A stretch of 64,000 bases of DNA from Candidatus Bathyarchaeia archaeon (GTDB lineage Archaea; Thermoproteota; Bathyarchaeia; Bathyarchaeales; Bathycorpusculaceae), in assembly GCA_038727135.1 (NCBI GenBank), contig JAVYWL010000001.1:576001-640000 (forward strand). The letters run 5' to 3'. A program made the position numbers and the translations under genes. The notes beneath the pieces were generated by a model. It worked only from the letters and a program-made list of their open reading frames with translations, was not told where the DNA came from and did not search any database. This document shows positions 28,734-41,090 of the stretch, piece after piece. Positions within the stretch are counted from its first letter, which is position 1; every line of letters starts with the position of its first letter.

Positions 28734-29954
28734 TTAGCATATTGGAATTTTACCTTGGGCTAGCTCCATGCAGAACTTGTCAATGTTCTCAAGCTCGTAT
28801 TCCAGCACAGCCTCTATCTTGCTTTTAACTTTGTCAAGCGAGCTGTTTTCTGCCATAACAACTTGGGCTGCGGCAATTGCTGGCTGATCTATTGGACGTC
28901 CAATTTCGCTTAAGAGCCATATGTAAACTTCCTCAAGTTCTGGCACCTGCTCGTAGACGTGTTGCGCCACTCTAAATGTGAGAACGTTATATATCTTTCC
29001 AACGTGGCTTACTGGGTTTTTACCGGCAGCGGCTTCTGAACAGAAGGGTCTGTTTAGGGATATTAAACCGTTTACGCGATTTCCTCTGCCCACTTGCCCA
29101 GAGTCTCCGCTGTCCGCGCTTGTTCCTAAGACGGTTAGGTATACGCCATCGATTCCTCTGCCGCGTACATCCAACGTGTTCAATTGGACGCTTATCTTTT
29201 CAAAATCTGTGTTTGCTCTAACGAATTTGTTGACTTCCTCAAGGATTTTCGCCTTTTTCTCAAAGTAATCTTCTTCGCTGCTTATGAAGCGGTCTACAAA
29301 GGCCATTGATATCGTTAAGTTTAGGTTATTGTTGTTCCGGGAACCCATAACTTTTATGTCTTCGCCAGACTCTGGATGGCGTTGCTTAAACTCTTTTGAG
29401 TTCAGGAATTGCTCTGTTTTCAGTACTATCTTCTCCGTTCTTGTCATTGGCGCATAACCAACAGCGGCGGATGTGTCGTTAGCTCCTAAAACTTTTCCTT
29501 TCCGCTTAAAAATGTCTACAAGCCCCGCTGAACCCGGTTTAAGTTCCACTTGATATTTTACGTGCTTGTCCGGATCCACAAAGCGCATGTTTTTCTTGAA
29601 CCATTCTTTAGCAACGTTTATAGCTATTTCCTCAACGTCTATTTTTATGCCGTCAAATTCTGTGGTTGCTCTGTCACCGAAAACGAAGAGCATAGGCTGC
29701 TTGACAGTGCCTCCTCCAAATCTAAGTTCAGACTGCCCGGCTACCAGAAGGGATTTATCTACATTGTGGTGGAGTATTGTGCCAGTTTTCTCCAAGTATT
29801 CTTTGCTAAGGCGTAGGGATATTTGCTCCATTACCGCGTCGCAAATGTAGTCCGGGTGCCCCAAACCTTTCCTTTCCACTATCTCTAGTCTTTGCTTCTC
29901 AAGAGGGGTCTGTTTTAATCTTTCAACTATTATGTTTCGCAAGTCGATCCTCAC
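28734..29954 (-). CDS. mat: Archaeal methionine adenosyltransferase
   Basis: [51 protein letters not shown]. Confidence 0.96.
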   Translation of the reverse strand: MRIDLRNIIVERLKQTPLEKQRLEIVERKGLGHPDYICDAVMEQISLRLSKEYLEKTGTILHHNVDKSLLVAGQSELRFGGGTVKQPMLFVFGDRATTEFDGIKIDVEEIAINVAKEWFKKNMRFVDPDKHVKYQVELKPGSAGLVDIFKRKGKVLGANDTSAAVGYAPMTRTEKIVLKTEQFLNSKEFKQRHPESGEDIKVMGSRNNNNLNLTISMAFVDRFISSEEDYFEKKAKILEEVNKFVRANTDFEKISVQLNTLDVRGRGIDGVYLTVLGTSADSGDSGQVGRGNRVNGLISLNRPFCSEAAAGKNPVSHVGKIYNVLTFRVAQHVYEQVPELEEVYIWLLSEIGRPIDQPAIAAAQVVMAENSSLDKVKSKIEAVLEYELENIDKFCMELAQGKIPIC

Positions 29955-30040
29955 TGCCAGTAAGGTTTCGGTTTATGTATAAAACGAAAATATATATTTT
30001 GCTGTATTAAATTTGCATTTGGAATAACTGGTGGTTATTA

Positions 30041-30574
30041 TTGGTAATAACAGGCTCTATGCTTAGAAAACTGCGGATAGAAGCCAAACTAACCCAGAAG
30101 AAATTAGCAGAACTTGTCGGAGTTTCACAGGCACATATCGCGAAAATTGAGCAGGAAAAGGTTGATCCGAGGCTTTCAACGGTTAATAAGATTTTAAAGG
30201 TCTTAACTGAGGGGAAAGAGGTGAAGTGTAGAGATTTGATGACGAGAGGTGTGCTTTTTGCGAGACCTGAAGATAGCATACTGAAAGTTAGCGAGATAAT
30301 GGTTAGGCACGCAATCTCTCAGATGCCAGTTATTGATGGGCGTAAAGTTGTTGGAACAATAACCGAGGAAAGCATAATTAGAAAACTGGGGTCAAACATT
30401 GCAAATGAGAAGGTTAGGAACATTATGGATCCGCCACTGCCAATAGTCTCGGAAGAAACCAGCATAAGTGCCATTCGACCGTTGCTCGAGCGGCGGCAGG
30501 GAGTTTTGGTGGCGAGAGGCAAAAAGGTTATTGGAATAATAACCCGTTCAGATCTATTGAAGACTATTGCTTAG
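30041..30574 (+). CDS. XRE-HTH plus CBS-pair regulator
   Basis: LTQKKLAELVGVSQAHIAKIE..KVDPRLST; two CBS repeats. Confidence 0.9.
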   Translation: MVITGSMLRKLRIEAKLTQKKLAELVGVSQAHIAKIEQEKVDPRLSTVNKILKVLTEGKEVKCRDLMTRGVLFARPEDSILKVSEIMVRHAISQMPVIDGRKVVGTITEESIIRKLGSNIANEKVRNIMDPPLPIVSEETSISAIRPLLERRQGVLVARGKKVIGIITRSDLLKTIA

Positions 30575-30584
30575 GGGCTTAAAA

Positions 30585-31757
30585 ATGTCTTTGCAGGATT
30601 TTGAGCGTTACGTTACAAATGTTATTTCAATTTTAAAGAGGGAAATGCCAAAAGAGGTCATTATTGTCCATCACGATGATGCAGATGGCTTATGTTCAGG
30701 GGCAATAACCCAGAAGGCTTTGGAACGGGAAGGAGTAAAGGCGGAAACTTTCTGTCTGGAGAAAGTCTACGAAGAAGTGATTAAAGATATGCATTCGAAG
30801 ACTGAGCGAACAATTTTTTATGTGGATATAGGCTCTTCACATGCAGACCTAATATCCGAATTCAATAAGGGGCGAAACCTAACTATAATACTAGACCATC
30901 ACGATCCAAAGGTATCCAAAGATCCTAAAGTTTTGGATTTAAACCTAGAAAATTTTGGCTTTAAAGGCGAAACAGATTTTTCCGGATCTACATGCTGCTA
31001 CCTTTTTGCTAAAGCCCTAAATCAAGAAAACTGTGATTTAAGCTACTTGGCTCTTGTGGGAGGTTGCGAAATCCCTAATGGCTTCAAGGCGATTAACGAG
31101 ATTATTTTGGAGGAATCCTTAAAAACCGGAGTGGTTCGGAAAAAAGGGAAGAATCTTGAAATTGCAAAACTGGGGGTCAATGTAGATGCTTTGTTTTCGA
31201 AACTTCAAATTTTAGGCGCTGTTGGCTATTATGAAGATGGTCCTGATTTAGGTATAAGGGCATGCTTAGAAGGGATAAGCCCAGAAATAGAGGAGAAAAT
31301 TAATGTTTTAGAAGAGAGGCGGAAAGAGGCCAACCGCAAGCTATTGGGGATGTTATACCGTGAGAAACTTAAGGAGACAGAGCACATCCAATGGTTTGAC
31401 GCTGGAGACATATACGCTGGTATGGGAACAAAGGTTGTTGGACAATTCTGCTCCTTCCTTTCCTATCAAGCACGGCTAGTAAAGCCTAACAAGTACATAC
31501 TGGGCTTTGTTAACGTGCCACCGGAGATACCTAAATGGGGAAGACTTAAGGAAAAATTTGTGAAGGCGTCCGTTCGTGTTCCTAAACCCATGCAAGAATT
31601 AATTGATAGCGGAAAACTGCCAGGCGCCGTTAACCTTTTAGAGAGGGCCTCTGAAGGTTTCGGAATGGCTGATGGTCATCAATACGCTGCAAACGTCGTC
31701 TTGCCAGCGAACAGAAAAATGGAGCTACTAGAAAACGCTGAGAAGATTATAAAGTAA
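30585..31757 (+). CDS. DHH-family phosphoesterase (RecJ-like)
   Basis: HHDDADG, VDIG, LDHH, SVR, DGHQYAA. Confidence 0.85.
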   Translation: MSLQDFERYVTNVISILKREMPKEVIIVHHDDADGLCSGAITQKALEREGVKAETFCLEKVYEEVIKDMHSKTERTIFYVDIGSSHADLISEFNKGRNLTIILDHHDPKVSKDPKVLDLNLENFGFKGETDFSGSTCCYLFAKALNQENCDLSYLALVGGCEIPNGFKAINEIILEESLKTGVVRKKGKNLEIAKLGVNVDALFSKLQILGAVGYYEDGPDLGIRACLEGISPEIEEKINVLEERRKEANRKLLGMLYREKLKETEHIQWFDAGDIYAGMGTKVVGQFCSFLSYQARLVKPNKYILGFVNVPPEIPKWGRLKEKFVKASVRVPKPMQELIDSGKLPGAVNLLERASEGFGMADGHQYAANVVLPANRKMELLENAEKIIK

Positions 31758-31769
31758 TTTTAATAATCC

Positions 31770-33152
31770 TCAAAATCCCGCCTTTACTGGGTTACGTGGT
31801 TTCATAAGCTCTCTTAAAAATGCTGTGGCATATGATCCGCGGTGTAAAGTAAAGCTTATTTTCGCCATGTTTCTTCGCGGATTAGCATGGTCTCTGGATA
31901 TTTCCTCCACTCTAAAATCTTTTAATGTTGTTAAAGCTGTGCGTAAACCGCCTTTTAGGCTCAGTTCTGGCATTCCCTTTATCTTAAAGTTCTCGGGAGC
32001 TATGCCTTCCTCTTCCAGAATTTGTTTTTCGATTTCACCTTGAACGCCTCCTGTTAGGCGCTGTCTAAAACCAACCAGCGGAATTGCTAAGCGCATTTTT
32101 CCGGAGGCTATTGCGCTGTTTATTTCTGGTATTTTCATTTGGCTTGCAATTTCATATAGTCTCTGGCTTGGCAACCCCGTAGTCTCAATTTTAACTACGT
32201 AATCTCCCGCCTCTGCGGCGTTGATGGGAAGCCCAAGTGCAATTCTTTTGCTTAAAAATCTGTTAAATAGGTAGGCTTGATAAGCCTGGGGGATAAGTTT
32301 GCGTAATTTCACTGGTAACTTTCGAAAGGCGCCTTTAAAATCCTCTGGTTTCTTCGCTAAATGTTCAAGCATCAAGCGTTCGTAATACAAGTGTCTAGGA
32401 AAGGATTTCAAGGCTTTCTTGAAGTCTTGTGTGCGATAAAGCTCTTCACGGGCAATTCTTGATTCTGGATGCTCAAAAGGGTAAGGTTTGGCGAGAAAAA
32501 GCATCGCAGCTCTACGGAAATCGCCTTTAACGATGGCTTTTCCAACAAGGTGGGTTATCGGGCGAATTGTGCCGAAACGTTGATGTCCGAAAAAGTTTGG
32601 CACACCACCCAACGCTTCAATCTCTTTGACAATTTTTTCTATTCTTTGCTGGATGGTTAATTTTGTATGGCTTATGGCGCGTATCACGATTTTAAAAGAG
32701 TTTCCAAGTAGATAGTACGGCGAGAGTTTAGTCTGAAAAAAGCCTACCGGTACAATCTTTACTCTCTCGATGTTTACGTTTTTAACATCCTCCGGCTTAA
32801 CGTCTCTAATTGTTATATGTTGAGCGGTAACGGCCTTTGCGTCTTTAATTCCGGCGATGTGAATCTTTTGTGAGCTTATGCCTAGCTGTTTTGCGATAGC
32901 CTCAAGAACTTGAAAAGTATCCCAATTTTGCTTAATTAAAACGCACAGTAGATAACGGCCGGTTGAAGGCCATTTTTGAGTTAGTAATGGCATATGAGGA
33001 GTGAACACTTCCGCTTTTGAACCGTTAACTAACAATTCTTCAACAACGAAGTCTTCATATGACTGCCTTATGACACCTCCAACTCCAGGAGAACTTGTAG
33101 TGAAAACCTCTATCCCGATGCTTTTTTCAAGTCTTGAAACGCGCACATCCAA
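31770..33152 (-). CDS. truD: tRNA pseudouridine(13) synthase
   Basis: EDF.VEE, AGIKDA.AVT.Q, PNFFG.QRFG, RGSYAT..LRE. Confidence 0.95.
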   Translation of the reverse strand: MDVRVSRLEKSIGIEVFTTSSPGVGGVIRQSYEDFVVEELLVNGSKAEVFTPHMPLLTQKWPSTGRYLLCVLIKQNWDTFQVLEAIAKQLGISSQKIHIAGIKDAKAVTAQHITIRDVKPEDVKNVNIERVKIVPVGFFQTKLSPYYLLGNSFKIVIRAISHTKLTIQQRIEKIVKEIEALGGVPNFFGHQRFGTIRPITHLVGKAIVKGDFRRAAMLFLAKPYPFEHPESRIAREELYRTQDFKKALKSFPRHLYYERLMLEHLAKKPEDFKGAFRKLPVKLRKLIPQAYQAYLFNRFLSKRIALGLPINAAEAGDYVVKIETTGLPSQRLYEIASQMKIPEINSAIASGKMRLAIPLVGFRQRLTGGVQGEIEKQILEEEGIAPENFKIKGMPELSLKGGLRTALTTLKDFRVEEISRDHANPRRNMAKISFTLHRGSYATAFLRELMKPRNPVKAGF

Positions 33153-33159
33153 ACCTCAA

Positions 33160-33522
33160 TTATAAGAGTGGAAGATTTCCAGTAATCTTGTCAACCTTGT
33201 CGTTAGGAGCGGGTCCTATTCCCAAACATGTTATCGTTCCCGGAGGGATCTCCGTTAAACCTCTGTCAACGATTAAGGCACAAGGTAAAGCCATCTCTTT
33301 TGCTTGTCTTTCCAGCGCCAAAAGTTCCGCTTCACTTTTAACTTTTACAACAACCTTGCGCTGGCCTTCATTCAGCCAAGCCTTCCACCATTCTCTCCTG
33401 TGCTTGCGAGCTTCTTCGGCTGCAGACACTGCCGCATGTCCTGCTTGGGCAGCAACTTTTCCTTTGCTGAGTTTTAGGTCTGAACGGAAGACTATGACTT
33501 GTTTGTAGCGAAACTCGCTCAT
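33160..33522 (-). CDS. pth2: Peptidyl-tRNA hydrolase Pth2
   Basis: R.DL..SKGK.AAQ.GHA, GQ.KVV, D.GLTEIPPG..T. Confidence 0.96.
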   Translation of the reverse strand: MSEFRYKQVIVFRSDLKLSKGKVAAQAGHAAVSAAEEARKHRREWWKAWLNEGQRKVVVKVKSEAELLALERQAKEMALPCALIVDRGLTEIPPGTITCLGIGPAPNDKVDKITGNLPLL

Positions 33523-33528
33523 GATAGT

Positions 33529-34794
33529 TCAGCCACTGCTACATTCCCGAAATCCAGTTTTAAGGTTTCCCAAAAGATAATTGAGAAAGAAAAAGGCAAG
33601 CACCGTTAAAGCTTTTGGATTATGTGCGAGCTTAAGGAGGGCTCGTCCTTGGAAATCTATTTCCTTTAAATCATTGAAAACCTTGTCTAACCGTGCCTTC
33701 TCACAAAGGCCTACAATTTCGTCCAATTTTTTGTCCGGGAGCTCATCTAACATCTTCCTAATTTTAAGCATAATTTTCATATCAAAGCCGAACATTTTCA
33801 TGAAACGACTTTGGTACATGCTCAGAAATTCTTCTGAAAAATCATTTTTGTTCAGCGCTTCTGTTGCAACATTAGCCGCAATCCACGCGCAGTTCAAGCC
33901 TAATATTATTCCACCGCCTGTCGTCGGTTTCGTTTGAGAGGCCGCGTCACCAACTGCGAGAAAGCCGTTGGCGTATGCCTTTGGTATTGGTCCGCCAATT
34001 GTTATTGGGTGATAGGATTCTCTCATTATTTTTGCGGTTCGTAGTTTTGCTGAAACCGCTGGATGCTTGTTTATAAGCCTTCGCAGAAGCGCCTTCGAGT
34101 TCCCAGTTTTAGTTGCCAAACCAACTTTTGCTTCTGTCTCGTTTTTTGGGATAAGCCAAGCATAAAATCCCAGAGCATATTTTCTTCCAAGAATAACTTC
34201 CACAATATCTGTCTCAAGGTCTTTAACATTTTCAACCTCAACCTGAGCCCCACTAACAATCTTGTTGCGTTTTGGCGGAGTTAATAATGCTTGCCTCAGC
34301 AGTCGTGCAGATATCCCTTCAGCATCTAAAGTTATTTTGCTAAAAAATTCGAATGACTTGTCATGCCTCTTAATAATTGCGCCTTTCACAAATCCTTCCG
34401 CAAACACTAGAGATTCAACTTTCGCCCCCAAACTATAGTGTGCGCCGAATTTTTGGGCTAGTTCTGCAATGTGCCTATCAAACAGAGTGCGGTTAACAAC
34501 ACAGGTTATTGGTTTGGCTAATCGAACCGTAAACACTGTGCCGTTTGGAGAATGAAATTTAGCCCCTACAAATGTATTTTCAATGATGCCCTTTGGCAGT
34601 GGATAAAGTCCAAGATTTTTCAAGCCGTTGATGCTGACATGCCCAGCGCAGTGGCATGGAACACCAATTTCGTCGTGCTCCTCAAAAACTGTTACGTTAA
34701 GGCCCTTTTTTGAAAGGTTTAGGGCGCTGAAGGAGCCGCACGGGCCTCCTCCAACAATTATTACGTCTGAGAAGTTTTCCATCTTTTTGCACAT
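33529..34794 (-). CDS. Geranylgeranyl reductase-family FAD oxidoreductase
   Basis: VGGGP.G, PCHCAG, YAWLIP, VGDAA...KP.TGGG. Confidence 0.85.
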   Translation of the reverse strand: MCKKMENFSDVIIVGGGPCGSFSALNLSKKGLNVTVFEEHDEIGVPCHCAGHVSINGLKNLGLYPLPKGIIENTFVGAKFHSPNGTVFTVRLAKPITCVVNRTLFDRHIAELAQKFGAHYSLGAKVESLVFAEGFVKGAIIKRHDKSFEFFSKITLDAEGISARLLRQALLTPPKRNKIVSGAQVEVENVKDLETDIVEVILGRKYALGFYAWLIPKNETEAKVGLATKTGNSKALLRRLINKHPAVSAKLRTAKIMRESYHPITIGGPIPKAYANGFLAVGDAASQTKPTTGGGIILGLNCAWIAANVATEALNKNDFSEEFLSMYQSRFMKMFGFDMKIMLKIRKMLDELPDKKLDEIVGLCEKARLDKVFNDLKEIDFQGRALLKLAHNPKALTVLAFFFLNYLLGNLKTGFRECSSG

Positions 34795-34824
34795 TTAATG
34801 CAAAAGTGTTTGGAAAATTTTAAG

Positions 34825-35055
34825 CTATGAGCTTACGAGCTCGACTCGTTTTTTCCCACGGACAAGAGACGTTGTTCGTATTTTTCCGCCTATTTCAAGC
34901 TGCATAAGCGCCTTGTTAAAGTCCTTGTACCCGATATCTTTGAATTCCTCGCTTAGATATTCGAAGAGCTCAGCGTCTGTCATAGCTCCCTTCTTTTTCA
35001 AGATTTCAAGCAATGCATGATATATGGGTTGAGTTTTCCATAGTTTTGTTGGCAT
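34825..35055 (-). CDS. Small wHTH protein downstream of cdc48
   Basis: 76 aa; FNKALMQLEI.G.I; RBS GAGG. Confidence 0.75.
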   Translation of the reverse strand: MPTKLWKTQPIYHALLEILKKKGAMTDAELFEYLSEEFKDIGYKDFNKALMQLEIGGKIRTTSLVRGKKRVELVSS

Positions 35056-35067
35056 GAGGTTTTCCTC

Positions 35068-37239
35068 TTAGGCTACTGGTGTTGCTGGTTTCTGGACCTG
35101 GCGGACTTGTTGCATGAAGCTCTTGTACCATTTTTCCATGTCTGGCGTTATTGAAGGCCCTATGCGCTTCAAAGCCTCTTCAAAGTCTTTCATTGTGACT
35201 TCTTTTGCGTTTATGTCCCTTCTTAGGGCTTGCATGGCTGCTTCTCTGCAGACGGCTTCGATGTCTGCACCGGAATAGTTCTTTGTCATGGCCGCTAAAG
35301 TTTCTAGGCTTACGTCTTTGGCGAGGGGCATGTTTTTAGTGTATATTTTGAATATTTGTAGGCGGCTTTTTTCGTCTGGTTCCGGCACGTATATGAGCCT
35401 ATCAAACCTTCCTGGACGAAGCACTGCTGGATCAACTATGTCCGGTCTGTTTGTAGCTGCGATTACAACAATGTCTTCTAGGGTGACTATGCCGTCCATT
35501 TCTGTTAGAAGCTGGCTTATTACGCGTTCTGTTACGCCGCTGTCTGCAAATCCCAAGCCACGACGGGGCACAAGTGAATCAATTTCGTCGAAGAATATGA
35601 CTGCTGGTGCTGCCATTCGTGCTTTTCTGAAGACTTCCCTTATGGCTTTTTCAGATTCGCCAACCCACTTGGAGAAGACTTCTGGTCCCTTGATTGTTAT
35701 GAAGTTGGCCTCGCTTTCTGTTGCTACGGCTCTAGCCAGCAATGTTTTGCCACAACCTGGTGGTCCATAGAGCAGTATACCTTTCGGAGGCTTTATCCCC
35801 ATACGCTTGAAAATGTCGGGATGCTTTAGAGGCCACTCAACAGCCTCCCTTAACTCTTGTTTTACCTCCTCCAATCCACCAATATCGTCCCAATGAACCG
35901 CTGGGACTTCAACGTACACTTCACGCATAGCTGTTGGCGTAACCTCTTTGTATGCGTTCAAGAAGTCTTCCATTTTAACCTCCATTTTTTCCAGCACTTC
36001 TGGTGGTATGCGCTCTTCTTCAAGGTTTATCTGTGGTAAGTATCGCCTTAATGCCTTCATGGCTGTCTCTCTGCAAAGTGCTGCTAAGTCTGCGCCAGTA
36101 TATCCATGGGTCATTTCAGCAAGCTTCTTAAGGTCCACATCTTCAGCGAGCGGCATTCCCCGTGTGTGAATCTGGAGAATTTCATATCTTCCCTGCTTGT
36201 CTGGGACGCCTATTTCGATTTCTCTGTCAAACCTTCCCGGTCTACGGAGAGCTGGGTCAAGGGCGTTAGGCCTGTTAGTTGCACCTATCACTATGACGTT
36301 TCCTCTTCCAGATAAGCCGTCCATTAGGGCTAAGAGTTGTGCTACAACACGCCTTTCAACTTCGCCTGTTACTTCTTCTCGTTTTGGTGCTATGGCGTCT
36401 AACTCGTCAATGAATATTATGCTCGGAGCGTTTTGTTGAGCTTGCTGGAAGATCTCCCTTAGACGTGCTTCAGATTCACCGTAGAATTTGCTCATTATTT
36501 CTGGTCCGTTTATGGAGAAGAAGTTGGCCTCCGACTCATTCGCCACAGCCCTAGCTAGCAACGTCTTTCCACATCCTGGCGGTCCATGTAATAGCACTCC
36601 TTTTGGTGGCTCTATCCCAAGTCTTTGGAAAAGTTCTGGATGCCTTAGTGGAAGTTCCACCATCTCCCTCACTCTTTGTATTTCCTCATGTAAGCCGCCA
36701 ATGTCCTCGTATGTTGTTCTTGGCACCCCTTTTCCTTCGGGGGCTGGCTCGCTTAGAATTGTTAGTTTGGTTTCTGGGGTTACTTTCACAATACCGTGGG
36801 GGCGAGTTTTCGTGACGACAAATGGTATGGCGTGTCCGAGCATCATAACGAGGGTTGTGTCTCCTTCGACTAGGGTTCTTTCCATTAAGCGGTTTTTGAC
36901 AAAGTTTGTAAAGTCTTCATCCACGTTTAGGCGCATGTCTACTGGTGCGAGTGTGACGTTTAGTGCTTCTTTGACTTTTGCTGGTCTTACGATGACGTAT
37001 TCGTTTATGGCTACTCCGGCGTTTTTGCGGGTAAATCCGTCTATGCGGATTATGTCGCGATTTTGGTCTTCACTGTAGGCCGGCCAAGCTATGGCGGATG
37101 TTGTTCTTTTGCCGACTATTTCTATTACGTCGCCGGCACTTATGCCCAGCTTCTGCATTGTTCTCTGGTCTATTCTAGCTATTCCTCTGCCGACATCTCT
37201 TTGTCTTGCGTCTCCCACCCGAAGCTGAACTTCACTCAC
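35068..37239 (-). CDS. cdc48: CDC48/VAT AAA ATPase
   Basis: N-domain [11 protein letters not shown]; two AAA modules with GPPGCGKT and RPGRFDR. Confidence 0.97.
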   Translation of the reverse strand: MSEVQLRVGDARQRDVGRGIARIDQRTMQKLGISAGDVIEIVGKRTTSAIAWPAYSEDQNRDIIRIDGFTRKNAGVAINEYVIVRPAKVKEALNVTLAPVDMRLNVDEDFTNFVKNRLMERTLVEGDTTLVMMLGHAIPFVVTKTRPHGIVKVTPETKLTILSEPAPEGKGVPRTTYEDIGGLHEEIQRVREMVELPLRHPELFQRLGIEPPKGVLLHGPPGCGKTLLARAVANESEANFFSINGPEIMSKFYGESEARLREIFQQAQQNAPSIIFIDELDAIAPKREEVTGEVERRVVAQLLALMDGLSGRGNVIVIGATNRPNALDPALRRPGRFDREIEIGVPDKQGRYEILQIHTRGMPLAEDVDLKKLAEMTHGYTGADLAALCRETAMKALRRYLPQINLEEERIPPEVLEKMEVKMEDFLNAYKEVTPTAMREVYVEVPAVHWDDIGGLEEVKQELREAVEWPLKHPDIFKRMGIKPPKGILLYGPPGCGKTLLARAVATESEANFITIKGPEVFSKWVGESEKAIREVFRKARMAAPAVIFFDEIDSLVPRRGLGFADSGVTERVISQLLTEMDGIVTLEDIVVIAATNRPDIVDPAVLRPGRFDRLIYVPEPDEKSRLQIFKIYTKNMPLAKDVSLETLAAMTKNYSGADIEAVCREAAMQALRRDINAKEVTMKDFEEALKRIGPSITPDMEKWYKSFMQQVRQVQKPATPVA

Positions 37240-37309
37240 TTAAAACCCTTCCATAAATATTGGTTGCTCTGTTTCGAAACACGTTAAATTTCTATATAAA
37301 GGTTTAACC

Positions 37310-37585
37310 TTATCTGCTCACCCTTCTAACCATTATTGTTTGTACCTGGCTTATTTCGCTTATCTGCTCGAAACGTTTTTCCAACTCTTCAAGCACTCCA
37401 CTTTTGTCCTCTGGGATTTTGATGGCGCAAATCAAGGCGTTTAAACCGAAAGCTATGGGTTCCTCACCGTAACCGTATATGGTAGCGAATTCTGGCAAAG
37501 AAGCCTCGATCTTCTTCTTCAAATCCTCAAAGTTTACAGTTATATCTGTCGGAAAAATTTTGTAAGAAATTATAACACTTCCCAA
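37310..37585 (-). CDS. ef1b: Translation elongation factor 1-beta
   Basis: EEPIAFGLNAL motif; usual synteny with zinc-ribbon gene. Confidence 0.92.
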   Translation of the reverse strand: MGSVIISYKIFPTDITVNFEDLKKKIEASLPEFATIYGYGEEPIAFGLNALICAIKIPEDKSGVLEELEKRFEQISEISQVQTIMVRRVSR

Positions 37586-37598
37586 ATTTTACACCTCC

Positions 37599-37793
37599 TC
37601 ACGGACCGATAAAACCGCATTTTGGACACTTATATTGGCGTCCAAACTTACGACACTTTGTGCAACGCCTGATCAGGATTTCTCCACAGTTTGGGCATAG
37701 AAACTTTGTAGCTTCAGCTCCTGGCGGAATAGGTTTGCCACAGCTTGTGCATGTAACCAATGTTATTGTTGCCGCTTTTTCAGCCATTTCCAT
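37599..37793 (-). CDS. DUF1610 zinc-ribbon protein
   Basis: CTSCG, F.CPNCG..I.RC..CR.....Y.CPKCGF.GP. Confidence 0.92.
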   Translation of the reverse strand: MEMAEKAATITLVTCTSCGKPIPPGAEATKFLCPNCGEILIRRCTKCRKFGRQYKCPKCGFIGP

Positions 37794-37906
37794 TCCTCAA
37801 CGGTGAAGGTTGTAATTGTCAAGCTTCCTTATAAAATGTGCTGTACCGTGGCGTTCGCAAATTTATTATCTTACTTTAAACTTATGCATATTCAGCGGGA
37901 ATCGTT

Positions 37907-38941
37907 TTGGGAGTAAACCTTCGAGACATTGTCCCGAAAACGGTCATAAGACTTGAGGATTTAAGTGGAAAATCTATAGCAATAGACGCCTATAATGCAT
38001 TATACCAGTTTTTGGCCATAATTCGACAGCCTGACGGCACACCATTGAAGGATAGTAGCGGGCGCATCACAAGCCATTTAAGCGGGCTTCTTTACAGAAC
38101 AAGCAACTTGGTGGAGTTGGGAATTAAACCCATATACGTGTTCGATGGAGTACCGCCAGCCCTCAAAGAGGTTGAAATTAAGAGGCGTATGAGAGCAAAG
38201 GAAGAGGCCCTCATAAAGTATGAACAAGCATTAAAGGAGGGCAGGATTGACGAGGCTAGGATGTATGCACAAGCTACTGCAAGCCTTAAGGATTATATGG
38301 CTGAGGACAGTAAACGCCTCTTGGATTTGATGGGAATCCCGTGGATTCAAGCTCCAAGCGAAGGCGAAGCTCAAGCTGCTCACGTGGTTAAGCGAGGAGA
38401 CGCCGATTACTGTGCAAGCCAGGATTATGATAGCCTACTCTTCGGCGCGCCGCGCCTCGTTAGGAACGTGACGATTTCCGGTAGGCGGAAGCTTCCGGGG
38501 AAAAACGTTTACATCGAGGTTGAGCCCGAAGTCATTGAGCTTGAGCAGGTTTTGAAAGAATGTGAAATAACCCATGAGCAGTTAATTGATGTGGGAATAT
38601 TGGTGGGAACAGACTTTAACCCCGAAGGCATTAAAGGACTTGGACCAAAAACAGCCCTAAAGCTCATAAAAGAGTATGGAAGCCTAGAAAACGCCTTACC
38701 TCACATTAAAAACGCCGAGTTTCCGGTTGAGCCGCAAAAGATCAAGGAGATTTTCCTACATCCAAAAGTTACGGACAATTACAAGATTGAGTGGCGGGAG
38801 CCCGACGTAGAAGGGGTTATAAACTTTATCTGCCGCGAAAGGGACTTTTCTGAAGACCGTGTCAGAAAAGCTTTAGAAAAGATGCAAAAGGGGGTATCTA
38901 AGCTTAAAGGAAAAACAACACTTGAAAGATGGTTTGGATAG
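37907..38941 (+). CDS. fen: Flap endonuclease 1
   Basis: DAYNALYQFL, TSHLSG, EGEAQA, SQDYD, GTDFN, C-terminal PIP-like TTLERWF. Confidence 0.97.
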   Translation: MGVNLRDIVPKTVIRLEDLSGKSIAIDAYNALYQFLAIIRQPDGTPLKDSSGRITSHLSGLLYRTSNLVELGIKPIYVFDGVPPALKEVEIKRRMRAKEEALIKYEQALKEGRIDEARMYAQATASLKDYMAEDSKRLLDLMGIPWIQAPSEGEAQAAHVVKRGDADYCASQDYDSLLFGAPRLVRNVTISGRRKLPGKNVYIEVEPEVIELEQVLKECEITHEQLIDVGILVGTDFNPEGIKGLGPKTALKLIKEYGSLENALPHIKNAEFPVEPQKIKEIFLHPKVTDNYKIEWREPDVEGVINFICRERDFSEDRVRKALEKMQKGVSKLKGKTTLERWFG

Positions 38942-39004
38942 GCCGTACATAGGAAATCTTTAATCTATCTGACGCTGAATAGAACAGTCTCTCATAAAGG
39001 TGAG

Positions 39005-40309
39005 ATGAGAATGCGCAGCCAAATTCCGCTTCCAGTAGACGAGCTTCCAACAAAATGGTATAACATCTTACCAGACTTGCCTGAGCCGCTTCCGCCTCCA
39101 AGGGAGCCGGAAACCGGTCCGTCACGAATGGAGTTTTTGGCTAAGACCATGGTGAAAGAGTGTTTAAGGCAGGAGATGTCAAGTGAGCGTTGGATTCCGA
39201 TTCCGGAAGAAGTGCGTGAACTTTATCTTCATATGGGTAGGCCTAGACCCCTTTATCGTGCGATAAGATTGGAGAAATATTTAGGACTGAAGAAAGTTAG
39301 GCTTTATTACAAGCGGGAAGATTTGTCTCCGACAGGTTCTCATAAAACTAACACGGCGGTTGCTCAAGCCTATTACGCTATGAAAGAGGGAAAAATAACA
39401 TTAACAACGGAGACTGGCGCCGGGCAGTGGGGTACGGCTCTTTCCTATGCTGCGCGGCTTTTGGGTTTGGATTGCGTAGTTTTCTGGGTTAAATCTGTTT
39501 ATGACTGGAAGACGGATAGAAGAACGTTAATGAATCTTTTAGGCGCGAAGGTTTACGCTTCACCAAGTCAGCAGACGAAGATTGGCAGAGAAGTTCTCTC
39601 CAAGAATCTCGAACACCCAGGCTCGTTGGGAATAGCAATTTCAGAAGGTCTAGAGTATGCAGAGACTCATGAGGATGCTGTTTATTGTCTAGGTTCTGTT
39701 CTCAACCATGTGCTGATGCACCAATCCATAATTGGATTGGAAGCCATAAAGCAATTTGACCTAATAGACGAAAAACCAGACCTGATAATCGGCTGCCTTG
39801 GAGGAGGTTCAAACTTTGGAGGTATAGCTCTACCTTTCATAGGAGAGGTTTTAAGGGGAAAACGGAAATGCGAGTTTTTGGCCACTCAGTCGATGGCTGC
39901 GCCTAACCTTGTTAGGGGCGAATATCGTTATGATTTTTGTGATGTAGCTGAATATACTCCACTCTTGAAAGTTTACACGTTGGGGCATAAGGTTGAGATG
40001 CCGCCCATAAAGGCCGACGGCCTTCGCTATCATGCAGCTGCCCCAATAATAAGCCTCTTAAGGCATCATGGACTAGTGAAAGCGGTAGCTTACCCTATTG
40101 ATGAAAAGGCCGTTTTTGAAGCTGCGAGAATTTTCCTTCAAAGTGAGGGGTGGTTGCCGGCTCCAGAATCCAGCTATGCCATTCGCGCCGGAATAGACGA
40201 AGCCATAAAGGCCGAGAAAGCTGGAGTTGAAAAAGTAATTTGTATGAATATTAGTGGACATGGCTTCCTAGACTTGGCGGCGTATAGAGAAAAATTCGAA
40301 ACCGGCTAA
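39005..40309 (+). CDS. trpB2: TrpB2-type (tryptophan synthase beta-like) PLP enzyme
   Basis: WYNILPDLPEPLPPP, SPTGSHK.N, TETGAGQWG, GGGSN, GLRYH, SGHG.LD. Confidence 0.92.
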   Translation: MRMRSQIPLPVDELPTKWYNILPDLPEPLPPPREPETGPSRMEFLAKTMVKECLRQEMSSERWIPIPEEVRELYLHMGRPRPLYRAIRLEKYLGLKKVRLYYKREDLSPTGSHKTNTAVAQAYYAMKEGKITLTTETGAGQWGTALSYAARLLGLDCVVFWVKSVYDWKTDRRTLMNLLGAKVYASPSQQTKIGREVLSKNLEHPGSLGIAISEGLEYAETHEDAVYCLGSVLNHVLMHQSIIGLEAIKQFDLIDEKPDLIIGCLGGGSNFGGIALPFIGEVLRGKRKCEFLATQSMAAPNLVRGEYRYDFCDVAEYTPLLKVYTLGHKVEMPPIKADGLRYHAAAPIISLLRHHGLVKAVAYPIDEKAVFEAARIFLQSEGWLPAPESSYAIRAGIDEAIKAEKAGVEKVICMNISGHGFLDLAAYREKFETG

Positions 40310-40316
40310 AATGAAG

Positions 40317-41035
<719 letters not shown>

Positions 41036-41090
41036 ATCAAGATAGAGGATTTGGGGCATTTAACTGATTTGCATTACAAATTTGAATGCA

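Noticed and set aside
35288-37078. Long antisense ORFs opposite cdc48 (also opposite the CBS genes, guaAB, purD and others)
   Set aside because: Shadow ORFs of strongly conserved genes, with no motifs or RBS.
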